DNA of 64,000 bases from a virus: positions 32,001 through 96,000 of IMG/VR virus record IMGVR_UViG_3300001533_003144; one strand, 5' to 3'. Shown here piece by piece: positions 55,381 to 64,000 of this stretch. Each line of letters starts with the position of its first letter. Positions within the stretch are counted from its first letter, which is position 1. Made by a program: the position numbers and the translations under genes. The notes under the pieces were generated by a model. It searched no databases. It was not told the DNA's origin and saw only the letters and a list, made by a program, of their open reading frames with translations.

Positions 55381-56664
55381 ATGTTTATGCAAAAACTTGA
55401 GAGTACTAGGGGTACGGTTATTCTCGCTAATGTTAATACTAAAGATTTCCTTCCTGCATTTTTACAGGCTTTTGCAGATTCCGCTTTATTAATACAGGAA
55501 ACTTTAGAAACCTTCTGGTTAGTTCAGAAAGCTGAAATGTATCTTACTGATGCTAAACGGGTTATAAGTACAGGTTTGACTGCTTTAGGTCTTGTGAAAG
55601 CTATTTTGGATTCTGTTGTAGGGTTTGTGGGTGAGATGGCGGATACTTCTTTTTATACTTTGTTTTTGACTCCTGAGACGGGGGGTTTAAGTGATTTTGT
55701 TAATAGATTTAAGTTTAATTTATTTAACGCTTCTGATCCTGATCGTCCTTATGATGAGGGTAATGCGGTTTTACTTCCTATTTTTTTCCTTGTATCTTAT
55801 GCAGATATTTCCAGGGCTAAGGAAGGATTCAAGAATTTGGAAAATCTTTTTGGTAAGTTTAAAGATGAGGGTACGGGTTTTGTGAAAGAGTTTACAGAGG
55901 CTTTTGGTTCTCTAAGGGGTATGGAAGATACGGTTGAACCCTCTGGTTTCTGGAATCATTACTATACTAAAAGAACTGTTGGTTCTCATAAAAAGCAGAT
56001 TGATATGGGCGGTTGGAACAAAATATCTCTAATGGATATGTTACCTGAAGAGGCTATACTGATGTTTGAAGCTCTTTTAGAGTCTTGGTCAAAGGCTTCT
56101 GAGGGTGTTCCTGATTCTAGTTCTCTTATTAAACGGACAGAAGCTATTTATGAGGCGATATTTGCTTCAATAAAAGAAGTAGTTAGGATAATAGAGGGTT
56201 ACACTCGCTTGTTCTTGGATAACCAACTAACTCTTATTCAAGCTCCCCCTATACACGGAGAGGTACTAAAGGCAGGAAATACTGTCTATAAGTTTAATGA
56301 AGAGATGTTTAAGCTGTTGAGTCAGCCTGATTTTGATTATTCAGGGAAAAAACCGGCGGTGCAGGTGCTTTCCGAGTTCGTGTCAGAACTCCCAAGTTTC
56401 ATACAGGAATCAGCTTTTGAAATTGAACAGGATCCTTTAATAGATGTAAGTCTTGACATGTCTGAAGAAACTCAGGAGGATCTTTTTGGTAAGACCGGAA
56501 TTAAGAATCCTTTTAGTAAGGACAGTGTTCAGCCTAATTTCACTAATTTCCTTCGTAATGATTATTATGTAGGGGGGATGGTTTGTGTTTTTAAGTCCGG
56601 AAGCTTGAAAGCAGTTGTTGACCAGGCTAAGGCTTTTTTAAGTCTTTTTGGTGTCTCTTTATAG
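55381..56664 (+). CDS. Hypothetical baseplate-region protein
   Basis: AGGAGG RBS; GG...F...DPDRP motif. Confidence 0.55.
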   Translation: MFMQKLESTRGTVILANVNTKDFLPAFLQAFADSALLIQETLETFWLVQKAEMYLTDAKRVISTGLTALGLVKAILDSVVGFVGEMADTSFYTLFLTPETGGLSDFVNRFKFNLFNASDPDRPYDEGNAVLLPIFFLVSYADISRAKEGFKNLENLFGKFKDEGTGFVKEFTEAFGSLRGMEDTVEPSGFWNHYYTKRTVGSHKKQIDMGGWNKISLMDMLPEEAILMFEALLESWSKASEGVPDSSSLIKRTEAIYEAIFASIKEVVRIIEGYTRLFLDNQLTLIQAPPIHGEVLKAGNTVYKFNEEMFKLLSQPDFDYSGKKPAVQVLSEFVSELPSFIQESAFEIEQDPLIDVSLDMSEETQEDLFGKTGIKNPFSKDSVQPNFTNFLRNDYYVGGMVCVFKSGSLKAVVDQAKAFLSLFGVSL

Positions 56665-56668
56665 AATA
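56658..56668 (+). promoter_or_regulatory. Putative late promoter TTTATAGAATA
   Basis: Motif copy upstream of the wedge genes. Confidence 0.65.
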
Positions 56669-56692
56669 TAATGTAATTGTTTGGAGGTTCTG

Positions 56693-57082
56693 TTGAAAAC
56701 TTTGAAAATTAAGCGTTCAAAAAGTTTTTGTGATTTTACTAAAGATGCTTCTGGTCGTTTAGTTTCTTTATCTTCTTCTTCTTTTGAGGGAAGAGGTTCC
56801 ATACTGGATCAGCGGATTGTTAAGGCTGTTTTAAGCAAACGCTATAGGTTTGAATCTTTTTATGGTGCAGGTCTTAAAACCTTTATTGGTCAAAAAACAA
56901 ATGTTTTATCCATACTGCAAAGAATTAATGACTTAAATTCTTTCTTTAAAAAATATGCTTTCGTATCTCAGGGTGTAGGTATTCGGAAAGTTATGGCTTC
57001 TTTACACAACGAGTCTGTGCTTGTTACGGTGCAATCAGAGGTAGGGTATTCCCGTAGAATTGGGTTTGAGAGGGAGGGGTAG
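56693..57082 (+). CDS. Baseplate wedge protein (gp25-like)
   Basis: DF..DASGRL...LDQRIVKAVLS...YGAGLKTFIGQK; precedes the baseplate J-like gene. Confidence 0.65.
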   Translation: MKTLKIKRSKSFCDFTKDASGRLVSLSSSSFEGRGSILDQRIVKAVLSKRYRFESFYGAGLKTFIGQKTNVLSILQRINDLNSFFKKYAFVSQGVGIRKVMASLHNESVLVTVQSEVGYSRRIGFEREG

Positions 57083-58558
57083 ATGCCTAGTTTGGTTAAA
57101 AGTACCGAGCAAATAAGAAAAAGTCTTTTAGAAAAGCTTACGGTAGATCTTCCGGATTTTCTTTGGGTACCAGGCGAGTTACAGGTAGATATTTTAGATG
57201 CTGTTGCTGAGTTTCATTATGAAAGAGAACGGATTGTTGAACTGTTTACATCTATGCGTAACCTGTCTGGGTTTAAGAGGTTAGTGGACGATTATATTTA
57301 TCGTCAAGAAATGTCAGAAATACTTGGGTTGTCTCTAAAAGTAAGAACCCCCTCCAGTGTCTTTATCGGAGTCCCTTCTTCGGTTACAAACGATTTTGAT
57401 GTCTTTATTTTTTATTATCTGGACAGGTTTGCCGAAAGGTATGGAAGGAAAAGGGGTCGAGGTTCTTCTGCCAGTGGTCTGTTTTCAATGAACTATACTC
57501 CGGGGATTGTGGGGAAAGCTCGACTGGTTTTAAGTTATTCCGGGATGTCTTATACTTCTACGGTTAATCTTGATGGTAGTGGTGTTTATTCCGGGACACT
57601 TTTTTCTTTCGGGTATGGTGAAAAGTTTAATGTTAAGGCAGGTAATCTGTCTATCAGTCTTGTAATATCTGATGTGCTTACTGTTGAAAACATTTTTAAT
57701 TTTAAATCTTCCAATTTGATAGGTGGTACTGATTATCAGTCAAATGAGTCTTTTATTAAAGCTTTAGACGGTAGGTTGAATATCTTTTCAGGTCCTCTTT
57801 CAATTAATGCTATTTCAACGGTGATACAAAAAATAAAGACTGTAGATAAATTCTTGATTACTAAGGCTTCTGCTTCTTATAGGTTTAAGGGTAGTACCAA
57901 TGTGTTTCTCAAGGGAGGTATCCAGTCAGAGCAAAAGGTGGTCAGGACGGTGGGGACGGATAGTAAGATACTCATTCCTTTACAGCCTTCAGAGATTCTT
58001 GAGATAACTAAGTTGGGGGCAGTTATTCCCGAAACGGAATACACGATAGTTACTCCTGATCCCGATACGGAGTATTATAACAGTGCTAAACAAATGGTTT
58101 GGGTTGAGTTTGCCGGGAGTTTAGTTTTTCCGGGAGATATGGTCGAGTTGTCTTTATTGGTAGATCTTACCATACAGGATGTACACACCCAGTTAATGTC
58201 ACATTACAGCTCATATAATGAGACTGCTCGTGATGTAGTGGTGTATAAAGCTCAGCCTCAGCAGGTTAATGTTTATACCGAGATTATGACTTACCGTAAC
58301 CTTCCTTATGATGAAGTTAAGCGTGAGGTAAAGAAGGTTTTGATTGAAAAAATAGGTGGTCTTGATATACAGGAAGAGTTACAGGCGGATGATCTTCGTT
58401 TGGAGTTGCGTAAGCTGTTGTGTCGGGGTGAGTTAATGATTGATGCCGTTGTTAAGCTTGACATAGGTTTACCGGGAGAGCCTTTACTTGACCAGAATTT
58501 ATCTTTAGGTAGAGGTGAGTTTTGGGTGCTTTCTGAACTGGATGTAGAGGTGCTTTAA
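57083..58558 (+). CDS. Baseplate J-like wedge protein
   Basis: LDRFAERYGRKR...ASG, GEKFNVKAG, GGTDYQSNESF motifs. Confidence 0.8.
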   Translation: MPSLVKSTEQIRKSLLEKLTVDLPDFLWVPGELQVDILDAVAEFHYERERIVELFTSMRNLSGFKRLVDDYIYRQEMSEILGLSLKVRTPSSVFIGVPSSVTNDFDVFIFYYLDRFAERYGRKRGRGSSASGLFSMNYTPGIVGKARLVLSYSGMSYTSTVNLDGSGVYSGTLFSFGYGEKFNVKAGNLSISLVISDVLTVENIFNFKSSNLIGGTDYQSNESFIKALDGRLNIFSGPLSINAISTVIQKIKTVDKFLITKASASYRFKGSTNVFLKGGIQSEQKVVRTVGTDSKILIPLQPSEILEITKLGAVIPETEYTIVTPDPDTEYYNSAKQMVWVEFAGSLVFPGDMVELSLLVDLTIQDVHTQLMSHYSSYNETARDVVVYKAQPQQVNVYTEIMTYRNLPYDEVKREVKKVLIEKIGGLDIQEELQADDLRLELRKLLCRGELMIDAVVKLDIGLPGEPLLDQNLSLGRGEFWVLSELDVEVL

Positions 58559-60177
58559 TGTTTAATAGTATTTTATACCCTGTTGGCTTTGAAACTCCTG
58601 TTGTTATGGGGAGTAATATAGGTCTAAAGGATATGATAAATTATACCCGTCCCGTCAGAATAGCCTATCCTGAGTCAGTAGGGGTTTGGCAGCTAATGAA
58701 CGATGATTCTAAGTTTGGTCTTTTAAGTGAGGCGGCTTATAGTGTTTTTAAGGGAAATCTCTTAGTTATAGGTGGTAAAATCTCTACGGATATACAGAAC
58801 CGTATTTTTTACAGTAAAGACTATGGTAAGTCTTGGCAGAACAAAAAAGGGGAGTTTCCCGAAAGGTGTGGGGCTTCTCTGGTTGAATTTCGGGGTTTCC
58901 TATATCTTATGGGGGGTGAGGCCTCTTCAGGGCTTACAAACGAAATTTGGAGGTCGGCGGATGGGGTGCATTGGTTACAGTCCAGTTCATCCAGTCCTTT
59001 TACTCCTCGAAAAAACTTTACGGTGGCTGTTTTAAATGATGCTCTTATCTTAACCGGTGGGTCTGGACCCGAAGCAAAAGAGGTCTGGAAATCTTATGAT
59101 GGTATAAATTGGGAACTTATTCACGCTGATGCTCCTTTTGGGGAGCTTGAAAACTCTTCTATGATTCAGTTTGGGTCAAAACTGTTCTTAGTAGGAGGTA
59201 AATCGGGTGTAATGTATTCTAATTCCGTATATTCTACCGAGAATGGTGTGGACTGGGTACTTGTTACAAATACGGCTTTTCCTTCCGGGAGATATGGTGT
59301 AGGGTTGGTTGTAATTTCCGGGGAGTTGGTTGCTGTGGGGGGTAATGACGGTTCTTCCCTTAATGCGGTCTATTTTTCTTCGGGAGGTTTGACTTGGGTA
59401 GAGGATGCCTCCCCTCAGTTGTTTTCTCCTCGATACTCTTTTGGTGTAGGGGTGGTTGATGGGGGTTTGGTTGTTTATGGTGCTGCAAATGATGTTTATC
59501 GTAAAGTAATTTCGTATGAAATGTTTTTAGACGGTACACTTATACCCTACGGAGCAGAGTTTGTTATATGGGATGAGACTTATCACGAACTGATAATAAA
59601 ACAAGAGAAGGAATCAGTATTAACTCGATTTTGTACCTTAATTGGGGGTTTCTGGGATCAGGTTAATGAGATGGTTGGTAACATAATTGCTATTGAAGGA
59701 GATTATACAGAGAGATATTATATTGGTTCTGAGGTGTTGTTGTATAATACTGAGACCAAAGCCGAGGGGTTTAAGGAGATTGTAAGTTCTTCTTTTGACG
59801 GTACTAATACCTTGATAGAGATAGAATCCTCGGTTTCATTTACTCCGGATTATTTATGTCCTCATTCCGGGTTGAAAGAATACTTAAAGTTAAAATTCAA
59901 GCCTGAAGTAAAGTTTATAGCTGCTTCGGTTGAAAATTTTATGAGTAAGGCTTCTTTGAAACCTCAAGGAGGTGTGATCGAGTCGGAAGGAGGTGTTGAC
60001 ATTCTTTCTGATAGGGTTTATGTGGCTGAATTTCTTTCTAAAGAGAGGGCAGTGGATAAAGCTGTTGTTATGTCCGGAGATTATAAAACAAAGATACAGC
60101 CTATGTTCCGTATTATAGTTAGGGATGAGTTTAATAAGGTTCTTTTAGAAGATAAGATAAGTTTTGATTTTATTTAA
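58558..60177 (+). CDS. Kelch-like beta-propeller virion protein
   Basis: Repeated F.G.L.L.GG...N.IW.S.DG..W blades. Confidence 0.75.
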   Translation: MFNSILYPVGFETPVVMGSNIGLKDMINYTRPVRIAYPESVGVWQLMNDDSKFGLLSEAAYSVFKGNLLVIGGKISTDIQNRIFYSKDYGKSWQNKKGEFPERCGASLVEFRGFLYLMGGEASSGLTNEIWRSADGVHWLQSSSSSPFTPRKNFTVAVLNDALILTGGSGPEAKEVWKSYDGINWELIHADAPFGELENSSMIQFGSKLFLVGGKSGVMYSNSVYSTENGVDWVLVTNTAFPSGRYGVGLVVISGELVAVGGNDGSSLNAVYFSSGGLTWVEDASPQLFSPRYSFGVGVVDGGLVVYGAANDVYRKVISYEMFLDGTLIPYGAEFVIWDETYHELIIKQEKESVLTRFCTLIGGFWDQVNEMVGNIIAIEGDYTERYYIGSEVLLYNTETKAEGFKEIVSSSFDGTNTLIEIESSVSFTPDYLCPHSGLKEYLKLKFKPEVKFIAASVENFMSKASLKPQGGVIESEGGVDILSDRVYVAEFLSKERAVDKAVVMSGDYKTKIQPMFRIIVRDEFNKVLLEDKISFDFI

Positions 60178-60187
60178 GGGGGTTGGT

Positions 60188-61126
60188 ATGAAGGTTTTAT
60201 CAAAAAAATACACTCAGAACGAGTGGGTACTTGCTGAACATCTTAGGGGGGCTAACACCCAGATTTATGAAAAGGGTGATGGTAGTGTTGCGGTCAATCT
60301 GCACGGTACGGAAGTTGCTGTATGGAGCCCTGTGGATAATACGGTTAAGATTAATTCTGGTGGCTATAAGACGGCTACTACGAAAAGGAGAATTAATCAG
60401 GTATTTGATCTGGTTGGGTTAGAGTCTGAAATTGATCAAAAGGGAGGTGAATGGTTTCTTAACGCTCCTGGACAAGATGCCGTGCCGTTTGAGGAGGGTA
60501 TGGTTGTGACTGCTAAGAAGAGGGTAACAAGATCCGAGGATGGAGATAAGCCTGAAACTCGTGATGGTTCAGGACCTCCTCCTTATGGAAAAAAAGAAGG
60601 TCCTGGGAAAGGTAAGCAGGATGGTTCAGGTCTTGCAGACAATCAACTTAAAAAGGGTATTGAACACGAAAAAGAGCATGATGGTATTTATGGTTGGTTG
60701 AAAGAGTATTATACAGAAAAAGACGAATTTCCTCCTGTAGAAGAGTTTCGTAAAAAGGTTGCCGAAGATCACCTTGAAAAGGATCCTGAATATTACAGTA
60801 AACTCGAAAAGGTTGAAGAAGAAGATAAACCTGAAGCCTCGTTTAGTTCCCAGTCAAAAAAAATCACGGCTGCAGATCTTTCCGGGGTTAAGGTTTATGA
60901 TTTGGGTGAGGATGCTGATGTGGTGGATCGTTATACTGTTGTAATTGAGGATGATGTTTATTCAATGTCAGAACACGCTAACCATCCTGGCGGGTTTAAT
61001 TTATGGTTAGGTAAGGTAGAAGATTTTGATGTTGAGGCTTTTGGTTTGCCTATAGATGTGGCCGATCTTCCTGAAGGGGTTAAAAAGGCTGTTGAAGGCC
61101 GTTTACAGGGTTATCAGGGGGATTAA
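60188..61126 (+). CDS. Multi-module polyprotein including a DUF5661-like domain
   Basis: Modules: VNLHGTEVA...GGYKTATTKRRIN; RDGSGP...GKQDGSG; QLKKGIEHEKEH...AEDHLEKDPEYYSKL (DUF5661-like); VYDLG...DRYTVVI...LPEGVKKAV. Linkers VVTAKK and KKITAA. Confidence 0.7.
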   Translation: MKVLSKKYTQNEWVLAEHLRGANTQIYEKGDGSVAVNLHGTEVAVWSPVDNTVKINSGGYKTATTKRRINQVFDLVGLESEIDQKGGEWFLNAPGQDAVPFEEGMVVTAKKRVTRSEDGDKPETRDGSGPPPYGKKEGPGKGKQDGSGLADNQLKKGIEHEKEHDGIYGWLKEYYTEKDEFPPVEEFRKKVAEDHLEKDPEYYSKLEKVEEEDKPEASFSSQSKKITAADLSGVKVYDLGEDADVVDRYTVVIEDDVYSMSEHANHPGGFNLWLGKVEDFDVEAFGLPIDVADLPEGVKKAVEGRLQGYQGD

Positions 61127-61127
61127 T

Positions 61128-61748
61128 ATGAAAGTTATTGAAAATCAGAGCTATGATCTTGAAGAGGTTTTTGGTGTAGAGCTTTCTGATCTATTAGATG
61201 ATATAGCTTCTTCAACCGGGATAGCTTTAGAGACAATTGACACTGTTATAATTGAAGATCTTGTCAGTGAAGAAAATAAAGAAGTCGGTTACGAGTTTAA
61301 GATGGGTGATCGTATTGTCTGGGTAGTTGAAGATGGCATGGAAAATGAACTAGCGGTTTCAGATGCTTTGTCTGATCCTATATCTTTTCTTCGTAGGGCA
61401 AGTGATTTTGAGATTAACGCTATGATAGATACTGATGTATTTCAGGAGAGGATGATTGAAGATACTGTAAGAAGCCGGGCAGACCTATCTGAAGAAAAAG
61501 TACAGCAGATTGTAAGTGATTCTGTTGCAGAGTTAGAGGAACTTGGTCCTGTTACCTATATGCGTGATGTCCTGAAACTTACTGGAGATGCTTTTTATCA
61601 GGCAATTTTAGATAACAACTTAATAGATTTAAACGATTTGGCTCAGATTATTGTTACTGAGTATGGTGCAGAAAACTTGCTTGATATAGATAAGGAAGAA
61701 CGGTTTCTTTCTTTGGTAGATGATTATGTTTGCTTTTTAGTTTATTAG
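61128..61748 (+). CDS. Acidic protein, paralog 1 of 3
   Basis: Shares a C-terminal L.DN.LI....LA..IV..YGA motif with the next gene. Confidence 0.65.
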   Translation: MKVIENQSYDLEEVFGVELSDLLDDIASSTGIALETIDTVIIEDLVSEENKEVGYEFKMGDRIVWVVEDGMENELAVSDALSDPISFLRRASDFEINAMIDTDVFQERMIEDTVRSRADLSEEKVQQIVSDSVAELEELGPVTYMRDVLKLTGDAFYQAILDNNLIDLNDLAQIIVTEYGAENLLDIDKEERFLSLVDDYVCFLVY

Positions 61749-61756
61749 GGGTTGAT

Positions 61757-62311
61757 ATGCCTGTAGTCTATAAAAATCATACTTTTAATTTTCCCAACAT
61801 AAGAGAGGTTATTCAAGAAATATCTTCTAAATTTAATCTGTCGCCTAAAGAGGTTTTTGTTAATGACCTTGATATTGGTAATATAAACAATGCCGGGGTT
61901 GTTATTTATATTGAAGGAAACCCTTTTTATGTTGTACTTGACTCGGAAAAGGAGGAGGTTGCCAGGTTAGATGTGATTGAAGATCCTTATTATTATCTAG
62001 CCACTTTATTGGATCAAGAGGTTGAGTCTTTAATAGATAAAAAGGCTTTAAGGCAGGTTTTGTCTGAGACTCCTTATAAAGGTTATCTGGACTTACTTGA
62101 AAAGAAGGGTGCAGTATCTTTTCTGAAAGAGGATTTAGGTTTAAAGGGTAATGATCTTTATAGCTATCTTGTGGATAATTTTTTTATAAGTCCGCAAGAG
62201 TTGGCTTTTTATATTGTAGATGTTTATGGAGCCAGTCGCCCTTTATCTAAGTCAGATGAAGAGTTTGACTTGGAAACTGCTCCGGGCTTTGTTTATTATT
62301 TATATAGTTAG
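61757..62311 (+). CDS. Acidic protein, paralog 2 of 3
   Basis: FYVVLDSEKEEVA...LGLKG...LVDNFFI...IVDVYGA...YYLY. Confidence 0.65.
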   Translation: MPVVYKNHTFNFPNIREVIQEISSKFNLSPKEVFVNDLDIGNINNAGVVIYIEGNPFYVVLDSEKEEVARLDVIEDPYYYLATLLDQEVESLIDKKALRQVLSETPYKGYLDLLEKKGAVSFLKEDLGLKGNDLYSYLVDNFFISPQELAFYIVDVYGASRPLSKSDEEFDLETAPGFVYYLYS

Positions 62312-62320
62312 GAGGCTATT

Positions 62321-62968
62321 ATGCCAAACCAAGAAGAACAGGGAACACTTAAAGAACAGATTAGGGAGATTTTAGAGATTAATTCTTCCCCGATTGTGGA
62401 TGAAGAGGTTATAAATATCATTGAAACCCTTATGGAGGATGAGGGGCTTGATATTGATAGTTATAACCAAATAACCGTTACGGATGTCTTTTTTGCTCCT
62501 AACGGGATTTCTGTGTCTTTCGACGAAGAAGAATATTATGTTATCCCTGAAGGGGAAGAAGAAGAAGCTGCAATAGCTTATCTTCTTAACAATGAAGAGG
62601 AATTTCTTTATACTTTAAACCCTTCTTTTCTTGAAACTCATATTGAGGAAGAAGATGTTATAGATCTTTATCTGGATGATTACACTGGAAGTTTTTCTGA
62701 AGAAGGCGAAGATGAAGATACTGCTGAGGATCGTGCTAAAGAGTATCTTGAAGAGGAGTTGAGTGAGGGTGTTTTAAAGTTTTTTAAAAATCTTGGTTTA
62801 GCCAAGAAGGGTCTTTCAGGGTTTTTACTTGAAAACGGTCTTGTAGATACCCGTGAAGTGGCTGAAGATGCTGTTTCTATAGACGGTGTGGGTCATTTCC
62901 TTTCAGGTCATGACGGTGCAGAAAGGCGGCTTGGTGATATGTCCTATTATTACTATCGTTGGAACTGA
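62321..62968 (+). CDS. Very acidic protein, paralog 3 of 3
   Basis: YYVIPEGEEEEAA...LGL...LLENGLVD...AVSIDGVGHFLSGHDGAE...YYYRWN; AGGAGG RBS. Confidence 0.7.
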   Translation: MPNQEEQGTLKEQIREILEINSSPIVDEEVINIIETLMEDEGLDIDSYNQITVTDVFFAPNGISVSFDEEEYYVIPEGEEEEAAIAYLLNNEEEFLYTLNPSFLETHIEEEDVIDLYLDDYTGSFSEEGEDEDTAEDRAKEYLEEELSEGVLKFFKNLGLAKKGLSGFLLENGLVDTREVAEDAVSIDGVGHFLSGHDGAERRLGDMSYYYYRWN

Positions 62969-62991
62969 TTCTTATTAATTAAATCTATCTT

Positions 62992-63002
62992 CTTATATAA
63001 TA
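62992..63002 (+). promoter_or_regulatory. Putative late promoter CTTATATAATA
   Basis: Intergenic motif copy (first base C) upstream of the GGAGG at 63033. Confidence 0.65.
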
Positions 63003-63042
63003 TCTGTAGAGTATTTTTGTTGTGCTTTCTATGGAGGAAATT

Positions 63043-64000
63043 ATGTCGGGAATAATTGAGAAAATCAGGTTTGATGAGAAAGGTGTAAAAGCAACCCCTA
63101 AACCTACAGATTATGGTGCTGTGCTTGATATGGAAGATCTCAAGCCGGGTAAGATACCTGGTACTTGGATACCTAAAGTTAAGAGAGCTTTACTTAGTTC
63201 TTTTCCTGGTGGAGGTAGTGGGGGTGAAAGCCTTTCCGTTTTTACTAATGTTATACGAATAGAGCCTAATGCTACTGAAAATATTGCAGGTAAGCTTTAT
63301 AAAACTTTTGCGGATGCTGATGCCTATATTCAGGGTCAGTCTCCTGCAACTGATAACAGGTTCTCAATTGAATTGCCCTCAGGAGATTTTAATCAGAATA
63401 TAATTATTAGGCCTCATGTTAAGATTGAAGGACATAAGACTGTTCTTACCGGAACAGTCTTTTCCGAATTTAAGTTTCTACCTTTTGAGAATGTCAGTCC
63501 TTTGGATAATTCAGCTTATATCGAAAATTGTGTTATTACTGATCTTGATCTGTCTAACGGTCTTATGCCTCCCTCTTTTGCTGGAGAATGGGAATTTTTT
63601 ACAGCTTATTCTGTTGATGAAAGGGTTTATCATAATACCCTTTCTACCGGAGAAATGAAAGTCTATAAGTCTTTACAGGACGCAAACACAGGTAATGATC
63701 CAGAGATTTCTCCGACTTTTTGGGAGGATGAAACTGAACCTTATGGGATGCCGGTTCTTTTTACAAATAAATGTTTTTTCAATGTAAGTGCTTTTGTTAA
63801 GCCTGATGCAGGAGACCCCAACAACCTTCCTTGTGCAATAGTGAGTAAAGAAACTCATTATATTGATGGGGATTTTACCGGTAAAATTATAATGTTCGGT
63901 TATTATAATATGTTTTTAGCCGGAGAATATCCTGCCTATCTTTCTGAACCTTTTATGAGTATGGCAGCCTTTACCCAAAAATTTGCCAGTATAGAGGGTG
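63043..64000 (+). CDS. Tail fibre/spike-like protein, 3' truncated by window edge (not in the ORF track)
   Basis: ATG 63043 after GGAGG; open to the window end: MSGIIEKIRF...LYKTFADADAYI...IELPSGDF (beta-helix start) and W...AYSVDERVYH...YKSLQDANTGNDP...W (small carbohydrate-binding-module-like). Confidence 0.7.
   Translation, partial: MSGIIEKIRFDEKGVKATPKPTDYGAVLDMEDLKPGKIPGTWIPKVKRALLSSFPGGGSGGESLSVFTNVIRIEPNATENIAGKLYKTFADADAYIQGQSPATDNRFSIELPSGDFNQNIIIRPHVKIEGHKTVLTGTVFSEFKFLPFENVSPLDNSAYIENCVITDLDLSNGLMPPSFAGEWEFFTAYSVDERVYHNTLSTGEMKVYKSLQDANTGNDPEISPTFWEDETEPYGMPVLFTNKCFFNVSAFVKPDAGDPNNLPCAIVSKETHYIDGDFTGKIIMFGYYNMFLAGEYPAYLSEPFMSMAAFTQKFASIEG

Noticed and set aside
1203-63858. All minus-strand ORFs and short alternative-frame plus-strand ORFs in the track
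   Set aside because: They lie inside longer plus-strand genes with good RBSs, lack recognisable motifs and look like shadow ORFs.
1-64000. Stop-codon reassignment or an archaeal host (TATA-like motif)
   Set aside because: TAA, TAG and TGA all end genes at sensible junctions with high coding density. Sigma70 promoters, a peptidoglycan peptidase, spanins and DnaB indicate a bacterial host.

Overview
A 64-kb segment of a large, AT-rich, contractile-tailed (myovirus-like) dsDNA bacteriophage. Essentially every credible gene is on the + strand, uses the standard genetic code and has a GGAGG-type ribosome-binding site. Rz/Rz1-like spanins point to a diderm host. The window holds a terminase large subunit split into two genes, a portal with a LAGLIDADG intein, prohead protease, scaffold, decoration and major capsid proteins, and neck, sheath, tube, tail chaperones (-1 frameshift), tape measure, baseplate and fibres. 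A small sigma70-driven replication block encodes a CHC2 zinc finger, a sigma-like protein, a degenerate loader and DnaB. Highlights: (1) a ~430-nt non-coding interval with a consensus sigma70 promoter, a boxA-like element and a 23-bp end-to-end closing helix, i.e. a candidate large structured ncRNA; (2) several acidic multi-domain polyproteins (HAD, ADP-ribosyltransferase-like, PRTase, ParB-like and small phage modules) whose domains are separated by a recurring K/R-[VI]-x-A-[SAK] linker that also saturates the scaffold, suggesting head-packaged, protease-matured effectors; (3) a 12-copy TTTATA(T/G/C)AATA late-promoter motif; (4) a fibre with 75-nt repeats varying mainly at four codons. All calls come from motif recognition by eye; no database searches were run.
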